From Candidatus Onthoplasma sp. (GTDB lineage Bacteria > Bacillota > Clostridia > Christensenellales > UBA1242): a stretch of DNA of 51,610 nucleotides. Positions 37,010 to 47,101 of the stretch are shown one piece after another. The stretch lies in contig JAZRUZ010000049.1 of NCBI GenBank assembly GCA_045598895.1, positions 1 through 51,610 on the forward strand. Reading direction: 5' to 3'. Under the pieces are notes generated by a model that was given only the letters and a program-made list of their open reading frames with translations, was not told where the DNA came from and made no database searches. A program made the translations under genes and the position numbers. Position 1 is the stretch's first letter, and every line of letters starts with the position of its first letter.

Positions 37010-40000
37010 TTACCTTTCTCTTTCATCTAATAAGGAAACATAAATAATCATGAAACCTATCAATAAAATATTTATTATCATCAAAGTTAAACAAATGTAG
37101 CACTTGCATGCCAATAATCCAAGTAAACCAAGAATAATGCTAGTTATTAGACACAACGTTAAAGAAATTTGCAAAATAAACTTTTTGAAATTAATTACAA
37201 AATATAACAACAATAACACTGCTGATAAAAGCAAAATTACCGGCAATAAATAATGGCATTGGCATACAACATTTCCATTTACTTTCTCAAATTCTGCAGT
37301 AATTGTTACATCGAATTGAGGCATTACAAATGTATATTTTGTATTATCTTGACTATCTTGAATTAATTCAATAGTTTTTTCAGTTCCATCAACGTACTTG
37401 GCTATTAGACTATCTGTTTTTAATGTATAACCATCGTTTGCTAAAACAATAAATGTCACAATTTCGCCTGAAACCATAGTTGTTTCATCAATTGAAATAT
37501 ATCCATTATTTTCGTCTTTAGTTTCAAGTGTTAAATCACTTGTTATTACATAAGTTTTCTTAATAATCTTAACTTGTTTTGCATTCTCATCAACAATCAA
37601 ATATCCATTTTGATCAATTTGTCCTCCAATCACAATATAGTCTTCTGGAATGACTACTTTGGTACTGTCACTCATAGGATATCCATATTTATTAATATTT
37701 ATAATAAGAGAACCACCATCAATAATAGTCAATACATCGCAATAAATACCACAATCAGTTGCAGTTATAACTAAATCCTTACTTACTGTTATATTCCCCG
37801 TAGTAGATATACCAACTTGCGCTTTTATATTAGTATCAACAGATATCGAAAGATTGTTGTTATCTGCATCTATTCCTATAATGCCAGCATCAATATTGAG
37901 TGTCGCATTACCGGTAATACTAATGGTTTCGTCTTGCGTGTCATTTCCCGCAAATTCAATTGCTGTTGAAGGTGTTTTTATTGTTGTGTCACCTTCTACA
38001 ACTATATTTATATTGTTTGGTAGTTTCAATGCTGATTCATCTGACGTATTATATAGATTTATTTCGTCAAGTGTTAAATTTAATCTATCTAAATCATCAA
38101 CTGAGAATTCTGCATTACCTCCATTGGTTTCCAATAATTCTATAGTTTCTTGTAACTCAGTAGACTCATCTATATCTTCTTGAGTTTCAAATATAAAGGT
38201 TGTTAAATCTATAGGTTTATTGATTGATTTTTGCTCACCTATATTAAATTGAGTTGCAGAAGAAAGTTTGTCTTCAACTTTAAAATACACATAGTATAAC
38301 CCATATCCATTCTTTGCAATTTCCGTTATTTCCTCTTCACTAATTGTTACAGAATAACCAGGATTGACCGCATCACTTTCCCAAACTGTATTTCCATTAA
38401 CATCTTTTAACACAATCGTTCCAGATAAATTTGTGTCTTCATTTTTGATTGCTAATGTGTGGCCTTGAAGCGTTGGATTAATATAATCTGTAGATATACT
38501 TGGTTGTGATGGAACAATATCGAAACTGCCTGATTTAATAAACACAGCAGAATCATAACTACTATCAGAAACATCAGAAATACATAATTTTAATTCATAA
38601 GTTTTGCCTTGTTCAACCTTAAATGTAGCGTCATATAAATTTGTTATACCATTAAAAGGAAGTTCACTATAGAATTTTGATGGTCTCATTTCATTATCAC
38701 CATTTAGTGATACAGGATCTAAGAATTGAACTGTAGTTTCATTATGATCAAAATTCTTGTCTTTTAGGCTATTTATCAAATTTGTAACAGTGATATTTAC
38801 GTTAGGATCATCAACTTTTGACTTTGGCATAATAGCAAGATTTTCAAAAGAGTCACCATCAACATCTCGTGCAAAAAGTGCAAAAATATCATTGTATTGA
38901 GCATTTTGATCCATCTCAGGACTTGCAAAGCTATAACGGAACAAAAGTGTACCTGTGAGTTTAGCAGTAACTTTAAAAGTTAAAACTGCAGTATCATATA
39001 AATTATATTCATTAGGACTAACTTCAGCATCAAGTAAAGTTTTTAAATCTAAATCTCTTTCATTTGTTATTTCTGATTTTCCATTTTGTTGTGGTCCGCC
39101 ACCGTATGCAAAAATTTCTTTTGAATATCCACTTGATAATAATATTCCTTTATCCATACCGATAAGTTTTGCTTGAGATTCAGTTAAATCTAAAGAATTG
39201 AATATATAAAGTTGTCTATAATCTGAATAAAGGAAACTTGCAGAATCTTGAACATAATCTAGAGCACTATTATTTGTTCCTAGCAAATTTTCAACTGCAC
39301 GATTTGCTTTGTTTTTGTCTGGAACAGTATATTCGACAGTAAAATATAAAATATCTACATCAAACTCTTCACTGTATTCAATGTAAGGAGCACCTACTAA
39401 TGTTGCATTGCCTATTTTAAACTCGTTTGTTGCATAGTTTTCTTCAGGCATGAATGCCAAATTTTCATTCACTAATCCAAGCATAAAACTTGCTTCATAA
39501 GTTTCTCCAGCAATCCAATTTGATCCAATTTCAACATCTTCTTCATTATATCTAAAATTAACTCTAGACATATAACCGTTACCTTCTAATTCATAAGGCA
39601 CAGTTTCATAGTCATCAATATCAAATATGAAAGTATTAAAATATACCATAGGCAATTCAAGAATATAGTATGTGTCATAGTAATCATAAACACCGTTTTC
39701 TTTTGTTAAGCAAATACATATTTCTTCCTCAATATTAGACCAATTTTTTGAAAAATTTACAGTTAACAAAAAGTGTTTATTTTCATCCTCATATTCGTTT
39801 GTGTCTTTTTCAATTGACATAGATAATCCGTAATAAGAGATTTTATCATTGTATTCTTCAAGTTTCAAAGAAGAATATTCTTCACTATTAAAGTCATAAT
39901 AAGGAAAATAAAAATCATCTAATTCAACATTTTCAACACTTTTAACTACTAACGGATAAGTTACACTAGATTGTTTGTCACGATAAATAACAGCCTCACT

Positions 40001-40378
40001 TGGCTCACCAATTGACATTTCTTCTTTTAATATCGCTGTTATTGTTACATCTTTATTATAAGGCATGATAAAATAATATGCTTCGTAAGCATTATCATAT
40101 CTTATAACCACGTCACCAGATTCCCAACCAGCCAATTGACAACCCATCTCCAATCGAAGATTTAAAACAATTTTTTCTCCTCCACAAGCACTATAAACAT
40201 CAACATCTAATCCGCCTAAACTTTCATCATTAACACCAACTGTAATTTCGTGTTCATCTGCCGCATTGACAATCCAATCTTGATTTAAAAAAGAAATTGT
40301 AAATCCACAAAAAACTACGCACAAAAAGACAAGTGAACGCAAAATTATTTTATATTTTAATCCCCTATTTTTAATCAT
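37010..40378 (-). CDS. Large surface protein with a choice-of-anchor-L-like domain and a C-terminal membrane anchor
   Basis: Signal peptide; FRYSFASPE...NDIFALF...LKLCISDVSDSSYDSAVFI; FxMPxxDVTITA repeats; Cys-rich C-terminal TM segments. Confidence 0.7.
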   Translation of the reverse strand: MIKNRGLKYKIILRSLVFLCVVFCGFTISFLNQDWIVNAADEHEITVGVNDESLGGLDVDVYSACGGEKIVLNLRLEMGCQLAGWESGDVVIRYDNAYEAYYFIMPYNKDVTITAILKEEMSIGEPSEAVIYRDKQSSVTYPLVVKSVENVELDDFYFPYYDFNSEEYSSLKLEEYNDKISYYGLSMSIEKDTNEYEDENKHFLLTVNFSKNWSNIEEEICICLTKENGVYDYYDTYYILELPMVYFNTFIFDIDDYETVPYELEGNGYMSRVNFRYNEEDVEIGSNWIAGETYEASFMLGLVNENLAFMPEENYATNEFKIGNATLVGAPYIEYSEEFDVDILYFTVEYTVPDKNKANRAVENLLGTNNSALDYVQDSASFLYSDYRQLYIFNSLDLTESQAKLIGMDKGILLSSGYSKEIFAYGGGPQQNGKSEITNERDLDLKTLLDAEVSPNEYNLYDTAVLTFKVTAKLTGTLLFRYSFASPEMDQNAQYNDIFALFARDVDGDSFENLAIMPKSKVDDPNVNITVTNLINSLKDKNFDHNETTVQFLDPVSLNGDNEMRPSKFYSELPFNGITNLYDATFKVEQGKTYELKLCISDVSDSSYDSAVFIKSGSFDIVPSQPSISTDYINPTLQGHTLAIKNEDTNLSGTIVLKDVNGNTVWESDAVNPGYSVTISEEEITEIAKNGYGLYYVYFKVEDKLSSATQFNIGEQKSINKPIDLTTFIFETQEDIDESTELQETIELLETNGGNAEFSVDDLDRLNLTLDEINLYNTSDESALKLPNNINIVVEGDTTIKTPSTAIEFAGNDTQDETISITGNATLNIDAGIIGIDADNNNLSISVDTNIKAQVGISTTGNITVSKDLVITATDCGIYCDVLTIIDGGSLIININKYGYPMSDSTKVVIPEDYIVIGGQIDQNGYLIVDENAKQVKIIKKTYVITSDLTLETKDENNGYISIDETTMVSGEIVTFIVLANDGYTLKTDSLIAKYVDGTEKTIELIQDSQDNTKYTFVMPQFDVTITAEFEKVNGNVVCQCHYLLPVILLLSAVLLLLYFVINFKKFILQISLTLCLITSIILGLLGLLACKCYICLTLMIINILLIGFMIIYVSLLDERER

Positions 40379-40543
40379 ATTTTTCCCCTATTATGTTTAT
40401 TATAACATTTCTAATATTATTTTGCACTAAAAATAAACAATAATTTACAAAAATATAAATAAAATTACAAAAAAATAATGAATTATACTTAATTTTTGAT
40501 TATGATTTATTCTTATTAATTTCTCTATTAACTTTATTTTCTA

Positions 40544-40571
40544 TTGACAAACGATAGATTTATGCTATAAT
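40544..40571 (+). promoter_or_regulatory. Consensus sigmaA promoter with extended -10
   Basis: TTGACA-16-TATAAT with TG at 40563-40564. Confidence 0.8.
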
Positions 40572-40577
40572 ATTTAC

Positions 40578-40616
40578 ATGATTTTAATTCAGAAAGACGA
40601 CCAACAAGCACTTTAA
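40578..40616 (+). CDS. Candidate leaderless leader peptide MILIQKDDQQAL
   Basis: ATG lies 6 nt after the -10, the same geometry as other leaderless genes here; three Gln codons. Confidence 0.35.
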   Translation: MILIQKDDQQAL

Positions 40617-40665
40617 CACATTTAACATGGGTTTCTTTTTGATATTGAATAAGTTTAATTATTTT

Positions 40666-40702
40666 AAGTACCTTGGGAAATCCTTTAGGTACTTTTTATT
40701 TT
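40666..40702 (+). terminator. Intrinsic terminator upstream of gltX
   Basis: AAGTACCT-tgggaaatccttt-AGGTACTT followed by TTTATTTT. Confidence 0.75.
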
Positions 40703-40767
40703 TAGTTAAAATTTAGTGATATATTATTAAAAATATGTTATAATGTAAGAGAAAATTAGGAGAAGAT

Positions 40768-42450
40768 ATGACAAACGTAGATATCGCAGAATTACTATTT
40801 CCAGAAGTAAATTTAACAGTTGAAGATTTATTGAAACAATATCCTGAACGTAATTTACCAACTGACGCTGAAGTTACAAGATTTGCGCCAAGTCCAACAG
40901 GATATATTCACATAGGTGGTATTTTTCAATGCTTAATCAATTCTTATTTTGCGAAATCTCATAATGGTTTAATGTTTTTAAGATGTGAAGACACTGATAA
41001 ATTGCGTGAAGTTGAAGGTGCTGCTAATTTAATTTATCCTACTTTAACAAAAATGGGCATAGATGTTCAAGAAGGTTTTATAAGCACCAATGAAGAATTT
41101 GGAAATTATGGTCCATATTTACAAAGCAGAAGAAATATGTATTATAAAGTTTTCGCAAAAGATTTAGTTTCGAGAGGACTTGCTTACCCATGTTTCTGCG
41201 ATGGTGATGATGATGACGAGTGTGCCGAATATAGAAACGAACAAAAACGTTTAGGTGTTCCTATTGGTTATTATGGAAGATGGGCTAAATGTAGAAATTT
41301 GTCTTATGAGATGATTAAAGCAAATCTTGACGCTGGAAAGCCATTTAAAATAAGAATAAAAGCAGAAGGCGATGGCGAGAAAAAAATCATTGTTCACGAT
41401 ATGCTTCGTGGTGACCTTGTTATGCCTGAAAACTATATTGACTATGTAATTTTAAAATCAGACAAAACTGCCTTGTACCACCTAGCACATTTAGTAGACG
41501 ACACCTTGATGCATACGACGACTGTAATAAGAGATGAATCATGGCTTCCAAGTTTACCTTTACACTATCAATTATTTAAATATTTTAATTTTAAACAAAA
41601 GAACTACGTTCACACTGCTCAAGTGATGACAATAGATAAGGAAACAGGTGGAATTAGAAAAATAAGCAAGCGTTATGACGATTGGGCTGATTCTAGATGG
41701 TTCTTGGAAAAAGGTTATCCTGTTTTAGCAGTTCATGAATATCTTTTAAATTTAATCAATTCAAACTTCGAAAAATGGAGAAATGAAAATCCTGATAAAG
41801 ATATCAAAGAATTCCCTTTTGAAATAGAAAAGATGAACAAAAGTGGTTGCATCTTCGATCTTGAAAGATTAAATAGAATTTCTAAAAATGTTTTGTCAAA
41901 AATGAACAAAGACGAATTATTTGAAAAGGCATACGACTACGCATTAAATTATGACGAAAAATTAAAAAATTTAATCGAAGAAGATAAAGAATATTTTAAA
42001 AAGGTTATCAACATTGAACGTGAAAAAGAAAAACCTAGAAAAGACTTAACGACTTATGCCGAAATCTATGACGATATTTGGTATATGTATGACAAAGAGT
42101 TTATTAATAAGGAAAAATTTTATGAATTTTCAAAGCCAACAAGCAAAGAGGAAATTATAAAAATAGTTGAAACATACCTTGAAAAATGCCTTGATTTAAA
42201 CGACACTAAAGACGAATGGTTCAATAAAATTAAAACCCTTTGTGGTGAATTAAATTACGCTTGTTCTAAAAAAGAATATCTTGAGAACGCCGATAAATTT
42301 AAAGGTGACATTGCTGACGTTTGTTCTATATTAAGATCAGTATTTACTTCAAAAAGCAGAACACCTGATTTGTATGAAATCATCGAAGTTCTAGGCAAAG
42401 ATAAGTTAATAAAACGTTTTGAATATTTTAAAGAAATTTATAACAATTAA
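40768..42450 (+). CDS. gltX: Glutamate--tRNA ligase
   Basis: RFAPSPTGYIHIGG, LRCEDTD, YGPYLQS, AYPCFC, KISKR. Confidence 0.95.
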   Translation: MTNVDIAELLFPEVNLTVEDLLKQYPERNLPTDAEVTRFAPSPTGYIHIGGIFQCLINSYFAKSHNGLMFLRCEDTDKLREVEGAANLIYPTLTKMGIDVQEGFISTNEEFGNYGPYLQSRRNMYYKVFAKDLVSRGLAYPCFCDGDDDDECAEYRNEQKRLGVPIGYYGRWAKCRNLSYEMIKANLDAGKPFKIRIKAEGDGEKKIIVHDMLRGDLVMPENYIDYVILKSDKTALYHLAHLVDDTLMHTTTVIRDESWLPSLPLHYQLFKYFNFKQKNYVHTAQVMTIDKETGGIRKISKRYDDWADSRWFLEKGYPVLAVHEYLLNLINSNFEKWRNENPDKDIKEFPFEIEKMNKSGCIFDLERLNRISKNVLSKMNKDELFEKAYDYALNYDEKLKNLIEEDKEYFKKVINIEREKEKPRKDLTTYAEIYDDIWYMYDKEFINKEKFYEFSKPTSKEEIIKIVETYLEKCLDLNDTKDEWFNKIKTLCGELNYACSKKEYLENADKFKGDIADVCSILRSVFTSKSRTPDLYEIIEVLGKDKLIKRFEYFKEIYNN

Positions 42451-42460
42451 AAGGAAAAAT

Positions 42461-42745
42461 ATGGAAATCGATAAAACAAATATTAAAAGATTTGAAGATT
42501 TGTCAAAATTAAAATTTGATGAAGAAAAAGAAAACCAAATTTCTTTAGACTTTTTAGTTTGTGACGAAGTAAAAAGCAAAATCAACGAAAATACAAAAAA
42601 AGAATACACTCTACCTACATACGAAGTAGAGGTTGAAGATTTAAGAGAAGATATTGTTGAGCCATCTTATGACAGAAGCAAAGTTTTAGAAAATGCTCCA
42701 CATAAAGATAGTTTATCCTTTATCGTTCCAAAGGTGGTGGAATAA
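42461..42745 (+). CDS. gatC: Amidotransferase subunit C (start revised from 42419)
   Basis: LSKLKF, LREDIVEPS, ENAP...FIVPKVVE; position before gatA. Confidence 0.85.
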   Translation: MEIDKTNIKRFEDLSKLKFDEEKENQISLDFLVCDEVKSKINENTKKEYTLPTYEVEVEDLREDIVEPSYDRSKVLENAPHKDSLSFIVPKVVE

Positions 42746-43992
42746 TGAAAAATTTTAAATCTATAAAAGAAAAAAATATTGCATTTTTAAATAAAGAATT
42801 TAATAAGCAAGATTTAATTTCTTGTTATACACAAAATAATAGCAAAAATGTGGAATTCTTTTCCAATTCAATTGAAAAAGCAAAACTTATTGATGAAAAA
42901 TTAGAAAAAGGTTGTGATTTAGGAAAACTTGCTGGTTGTTGTTTCTTAGTGGAAGACAATATTTTAGTTGAAGGCGAAAACTGCAACGCAGGACTTGAAA
43001 TCATTGACAATTTTAAGTCTATTTACACTGCTACTGCGATAAAAAAATTAATTGACGAAGATGCTATAATTTTAGGTAAGATTAAAACAAACGTAAATCA
43101 AACTGAAGTTGGTTTAGTAAACGAAATTAAAGATGGGTGTTTAAATATTAATAATACAAACGACGACTACTCTTTATTAAATGATTTTTGCGATGGAATA
43201 ATATGTTCCGACGTAAACAGCTCGATATTCGCTAAATCAAATTCGAATTTCGTTTCACTACGTGCTCCATATGGCTCAATTTCAAGATTTGGTGTAATTA
43301 GCCGTGTGCCAAGTTTTGAAACTATTTCATTTTTAACAAAAAACTATTTAGACGCATTAGATTTATACAATATTTGTAAAGGAAAAGATAAATTCGACTT
43401 AATTTCAAGAAATTTTGTAGAAAACGAAATTGCTGACTTTAATAATATTAAAATCGCTTGTGTAAAAAATTGTATAAACGACAAATTAAAAAACAAGTTT
43501 AATAATTTCGCTGAAATATCTCTTAACAACATTACACTTTTAAAAGACATTTATTCTGTTATAACACTACCTGAAACATCTAGCAATTTAGCAAGATTTG
43601 ACGGCATTAAATATGGTAAATTAGCTGAAAACTGCAACAACATTGAGGAAGTATATACAAAAACTCGTACTGAATTCTTTAGTGAAAATTTGAAACAAGA
43701 AATCATGTATGGTGACTATTTCTTGTCAGGTGGTAAAAGAGGCGAAGTTTATTACAACGCAAAATTGTTAATTGACGAATTAACTAGTCAAATAAAAGAC
43801 ACTTTAAATAAATACAACTTCTTACTAATACCTAATAATGACGACTACAAATTATTGCCAGCATTAATTGGATATCCTGCTGTAAATATTGAAAACGATT
43901 TTATTTTACTTTCAAAATGTGAAGCAGTAAATTCATTGTGCAAAGTTTCTAATGAAATTACTAACATTACAAAGGAGGGACAAAATGCTTAA
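42745..43992 (+). CDS. gatA: Amidotransferase subunit A, amidase signature degenerate
   Basis: YGSISRFG, ETSSNLARFDGIKYG, TRTEFF; EDNI in place of KDNI; no GGSSGGS. Confidence 0.85.
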   Translation: MKNFKSIKEKNIAFLNKEFNKQDLISCYTQNNSKNVEFFSNSIEKAKLIDEKLEKGCDLGKLAGCCFLVEDNILVEGENCNAGLEIIDNFKSIYTATAIKKLIDEDAIILGKIKTNVNQTEVGLVNEIKDGCLNINNTNDDYSLLNDFCDGIICSDVNSSIFAKSNSNFVSLRAPYGSISRFGVISRVPSFETISFLTKNYLDALDLYNICKGKDKFDLISRNFVENEIADFNNIKIACVKNCINDKLKNKFNNFAEISLNNITLLKDIYSVITLPETSSNLARFDGIKYGKLAENCNNIEEVYTKTRTEFFSENLKQEIMYGDYFLSGGKRGEVYYNAKLLIDELTSQIKDTLNKYNFLLIPNNDDYKLLPALIGYPAVNIENDFILLSKCEAVNSLCKVSNEITNITKEGQNA

Positions 43993-45394
43993 TGATAAAT
44001 ACGACTTAGTCGTAGGACTTGAAATTCACGCTGAACTTAATTCTAAAACAAAAGTTTTTTGTTCATGTGAAAACAAATATGGTGCTGAACCCAATACTTT
44101 AGTTTGTCCAATTTGTTTAGGTATGCCTGGTACTATTCCTCTACTTAATAAGCAATGTGTATTGCTAGCAGTTAAAGCAGGTCTTATGACTAACTGTGAA
44201 ATAAACGAGCACACTTTCTGGGAAAGAAAAAATTATTTCTACCCAGACTTAACTAAATCTTATCAAATAAGCCAAGTCACTAAACCAGTTTGCGTAAATG
44301 GTTACATTGAATTGGATAGTGGTAAGAAAATTAGAATAAGCGATATTCACCTAGAGGAAGATACCGGAAAATTAATCCACGATGGTGCTTATTCATATAT
44401 CGACTATAACAGGTGTTGTGTTCCTCTTATTGAAACGGTAACTGAACCAGATATATCCACTGCCGAAGAAGCCGTAGAATTCTTGATGAAGTTAAGAGAT
44501 ACATACATTTACGGTGATGTTGCAAAGTGCAAACTTGAACAAGGTGGTATGCGTTTTGACGTAAACTTATCTGTTAAACCAAAAGGTAGTACAACTCTAG
44601 GCAAACGTGTAGAAATGAAGAACCTTAATTCCTTCAAGTCTGTTAAAAATGCTATTGAATATGAGTTTAATAGACATGTAGAATTGCTTGAAAGTGGACA
44701 AATTGTTGACGAAGAGACAAGAAAATGGGACGACAGCAAAAATATGAGTTTCGCTATGCGTAAGAAAGATCCGGTTAGTCCATTTAGAGTCTTCCCTGAT
44801 CCAGATATTCCTGCAGTGCATATCAAACATGAAATTGTTGAAGATATCAAAGAAAATTTACCTTTAACACCAATGCAATTAAAATCTAAATACAAAAACG
44901 AATATAACTTGCCTGACTATGATATAAAAGTTTTAACTTCTACTAAAGAATTGTCAGATTTCTATAATGCTTGTCTAAAAATTTACAATAATCCAAAAGA
45001 GTTATCTAACTGGGTTATGGGTGAATTACTCCGTAACGTTAAAGATAAAATAACAATTTCTCCTGAAAAGTTTATTGAAGTTATTAAAATGACTAAAGAA
45101 AACAAAATTTCAAGAATTAATGCTGTTGAAGTTATTGCTAGACTCATGATAACAGACGCAAACCCAATGGATATTGCAAAGGAATTAAACTTACTAAACG
45201 AAGCAATGTCAGAAGAAGAACTTGAAAAGTTGATTGTTGGAATAATTAATTCTAATCCAAAGGCTGTTGAAGACTATCAAAAGACACCAGACAAGATTAT
45301 TTCTTTCCTTGCTGGACAACTTATGAAATTAACACATGGCAAAGCAGATATAATCAAAGGAAAAGAAATTATTGAAACACATTTAAAAAATTAA
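43985..45394 (+). CDS. gatB: Amidotransferase subunit B (start revised from 43952)
   Basis: VGLEIHAEL, RKNYFYPDL, HLEEDTGK, DYNR...VTEPD, EMKNLNSF; AGGAGG RBS. Confidence 0.95.
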   Translation: MLNDKYDLVVGLEIHAELNSKTKVFCSCENKYGAEPNTLVCPICLGMPGTIPLLNKQCVLLAVKAGLMTNCEINEHTFWERKNYFYPDLTKSYQISQVTKPVCVNGYIELDSGKKIRISDIHLEEDTGKLIHDGAYSYIDYNRCCVPLIETVTEPDISTAEEAVEFLMKLRDTYIYGDVAKCKLEQGGMRFDVNLSVKPKGSTTLGKRVEMKNLNSFKSVKNAIEYEFNRHVELLESGQIVDEETRKWDDSKNMSFAMRKKDPVSPFRVFPDPDIPAVHIKHEIVEDIKENLPLTPMQLKSKYKNEYNLPDYDIKVLTSTKELSDFYNACLKIYNNPKELSNWVMGELLRNVKDKITISPEKFIEVIKMTKENKISRINAVEVIARLMITDANPMDIAKELNLLNEAMSEEELEKLIVGIINSNPKAVEDYQKTPDKIISFLAGQLMKLTHGKADIIKGKEIIETHLKN

Positions 45395-45549
45395 AATTAA
45401 TAATTTTATTTTGATTGTAAAAATTCAAACAAAAAAACTCCGACCGAATCGGTTGGAATTTTTTTGTTTAATGATTTAAAATAATAATATTTTATTTTTC
45501 AACTATTTAGCGATTTAAATTGCTAGTTTTAATTATAAATATTTTTCCT

Positions 45550-46956
45550 TTAAGTTTCAATTAGTGACACTCTGATAACAACTGTAACATCCGAAGTGAA
45601 ATTCAAATCTAAATTGTAAGTTCCAACAGGATAGGATATTACATTTTCTCCACTATTAACTACTATACTTTCAATATTATATCCATTTGACACAGCATCA
45701 ATATTTAAAGTAAGTTGATTATCACCGTAAATATTAAAAGGTGAAGTTACAGAGACTGTTGTTTCAGGTATTACACCTTCGATACCAACAAGAATTCCTT
45801 CATCGGTTCCACCTGTAGCTCCACTAGGCGTTATAGTTAATGTATGTTTTGAAACAGGTGCAACAGTTATAACGATCTCTGTAGCACTGCTAACATTAAC
45901 TGTAAATGATGAATCTACAGGATCAACGGGTTCACTATTTACCATAACACTAGTAAGTGTATATCTGCCAAACAAATTATAACTTACTGAAAAATCTGTT
46001 CCGTCTACAACATTGTCAACGTCGAATTCTGTTGAATCCGGTTGATCTAAACTAGGAGAACAAAAACCACCATTATAACTAATTGTGATGCCATAATTAT
46101 CTGCTGTAAGGCCAACCACACTTATTGATACAGTAAATGAAGGTTTTGGACTTTCAATGAAATTCGCATAAATAAATACAAATGACTGTGTTTCCGGTAT
46201 TTGTGAAAAGTCATAATCTTTTAGATCAGTTATCTCTTCTTCCCCATCTAAATCAGTTGTCCATTTAAGTGAATAACCGTCTTTTGAAACATCGTATTCT
46301 AATGGTTTTGAGCCGTTAGTTACCTTGTAAGTTGCTGGGTTGCTAGTTTCTACAAAGTTTCCCGTTACTGAATCTGCATACCATATATTATATTCCTTAG
46401 CTTCGTAACGAGCTTCAATTTCAATGTCTTGATCTTTGTTTAATTCAATTTCTTCTTCTTCCAATTTGTACCTATAGTCTGGTCTTGGTGTGCCATCTGG
46501 AAAATTCTCATTTCCTTGGAATGTATATCCTTCTTGGTAAAACAAATTATAGTTGGTTTTCTTATTAGTTCCCTTGTAATAGAAACCTAAAAATTCAAAA
46601 CTTGGAATATTTGGTGCAAAAATATACACAGGGTCTCCAGCAAAGAAATAATATGATCCATCACCTTGTCTTACAAAAGCCTTATCCAAATCTGCTTGTG
46701 TTGCTCCTGCAGCAGTCAATTCTTCTATCTCATAATCTTCTCTTATTCCTTCACCATGTTCACCAAAACCATAAAAGATTTTTAGATCATCTTGACTTCC
46801 AATTGATTCAACATCTGTTGAATATGAAAGTTTAATGTGATAGAGATTTGGATCAACTTCATCATCTCCACCAAACAAGTCACAAGCACTGAATAAAACT
46901 GTGCAAGGTAAAATTATAAACAATGCTAAGATAAAACTTAAAAATTTCTTTTTCAT
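45550..46956 (-). CDS. Acidic beta-rich lipoprotein (start revised from 46992)
   Basis: GGAGG RBS; MKKKF...LFSAC lipobox; B-repeat-like modules (FEFLGFY, NPATY). Confidence 0.7.
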   Translation of the reverse strand: MKKKFLSFILALFIILPCTVLFSACDLFGGDDEVDPNLYHIKLSYSTDVESIGSQDDLKIFYGFGEHGEGIREDYEIEELTAAGATQADLDKAFVRQGDGSYYFFAGDPVYIFAPNIPSFEFLGFYYKGTNKKTNYNLFYQEGYTFQGNENFPDGTPRPDYRYKLEEEEIELNKDQDIEIEARYEAKEYNIWYADSVTGNFVETSNPATYKVTNGSKPLEYDVSKDGYSLKWTTDLDGEEEITDLKDYDFSQIPETQSFVFIYANFIESPKPSFTVSISVVGLTADNYGITISYNGGFCSPSLDQPDSTEFDVDNVVDGTDFSVSYNLFGRYTLTSVMVNSEPVDPVDSSFTVNVSSATEIVITVAPVSKHTLTITPSGATGGTDEGILVGIEGVIPETTVSVTSPFNIYGDNQLTLNIDAVSNGYNIESIVVNSGENVISYPVGTYNLDLNFTSDVTVVIRVSLIET

Positions 46957-47101
46957 AAATATCCTCCAATTCCACCATACCACACTTAACATTATTTTGC
47001 AACCAAATTAACTAAAAATACAAAAATTGATAAAAAAAAATAGATATATCTTGACACAATCTTATTATTATGGTAATATGCTGTTATACTTAGGAGAAAA
47101 T

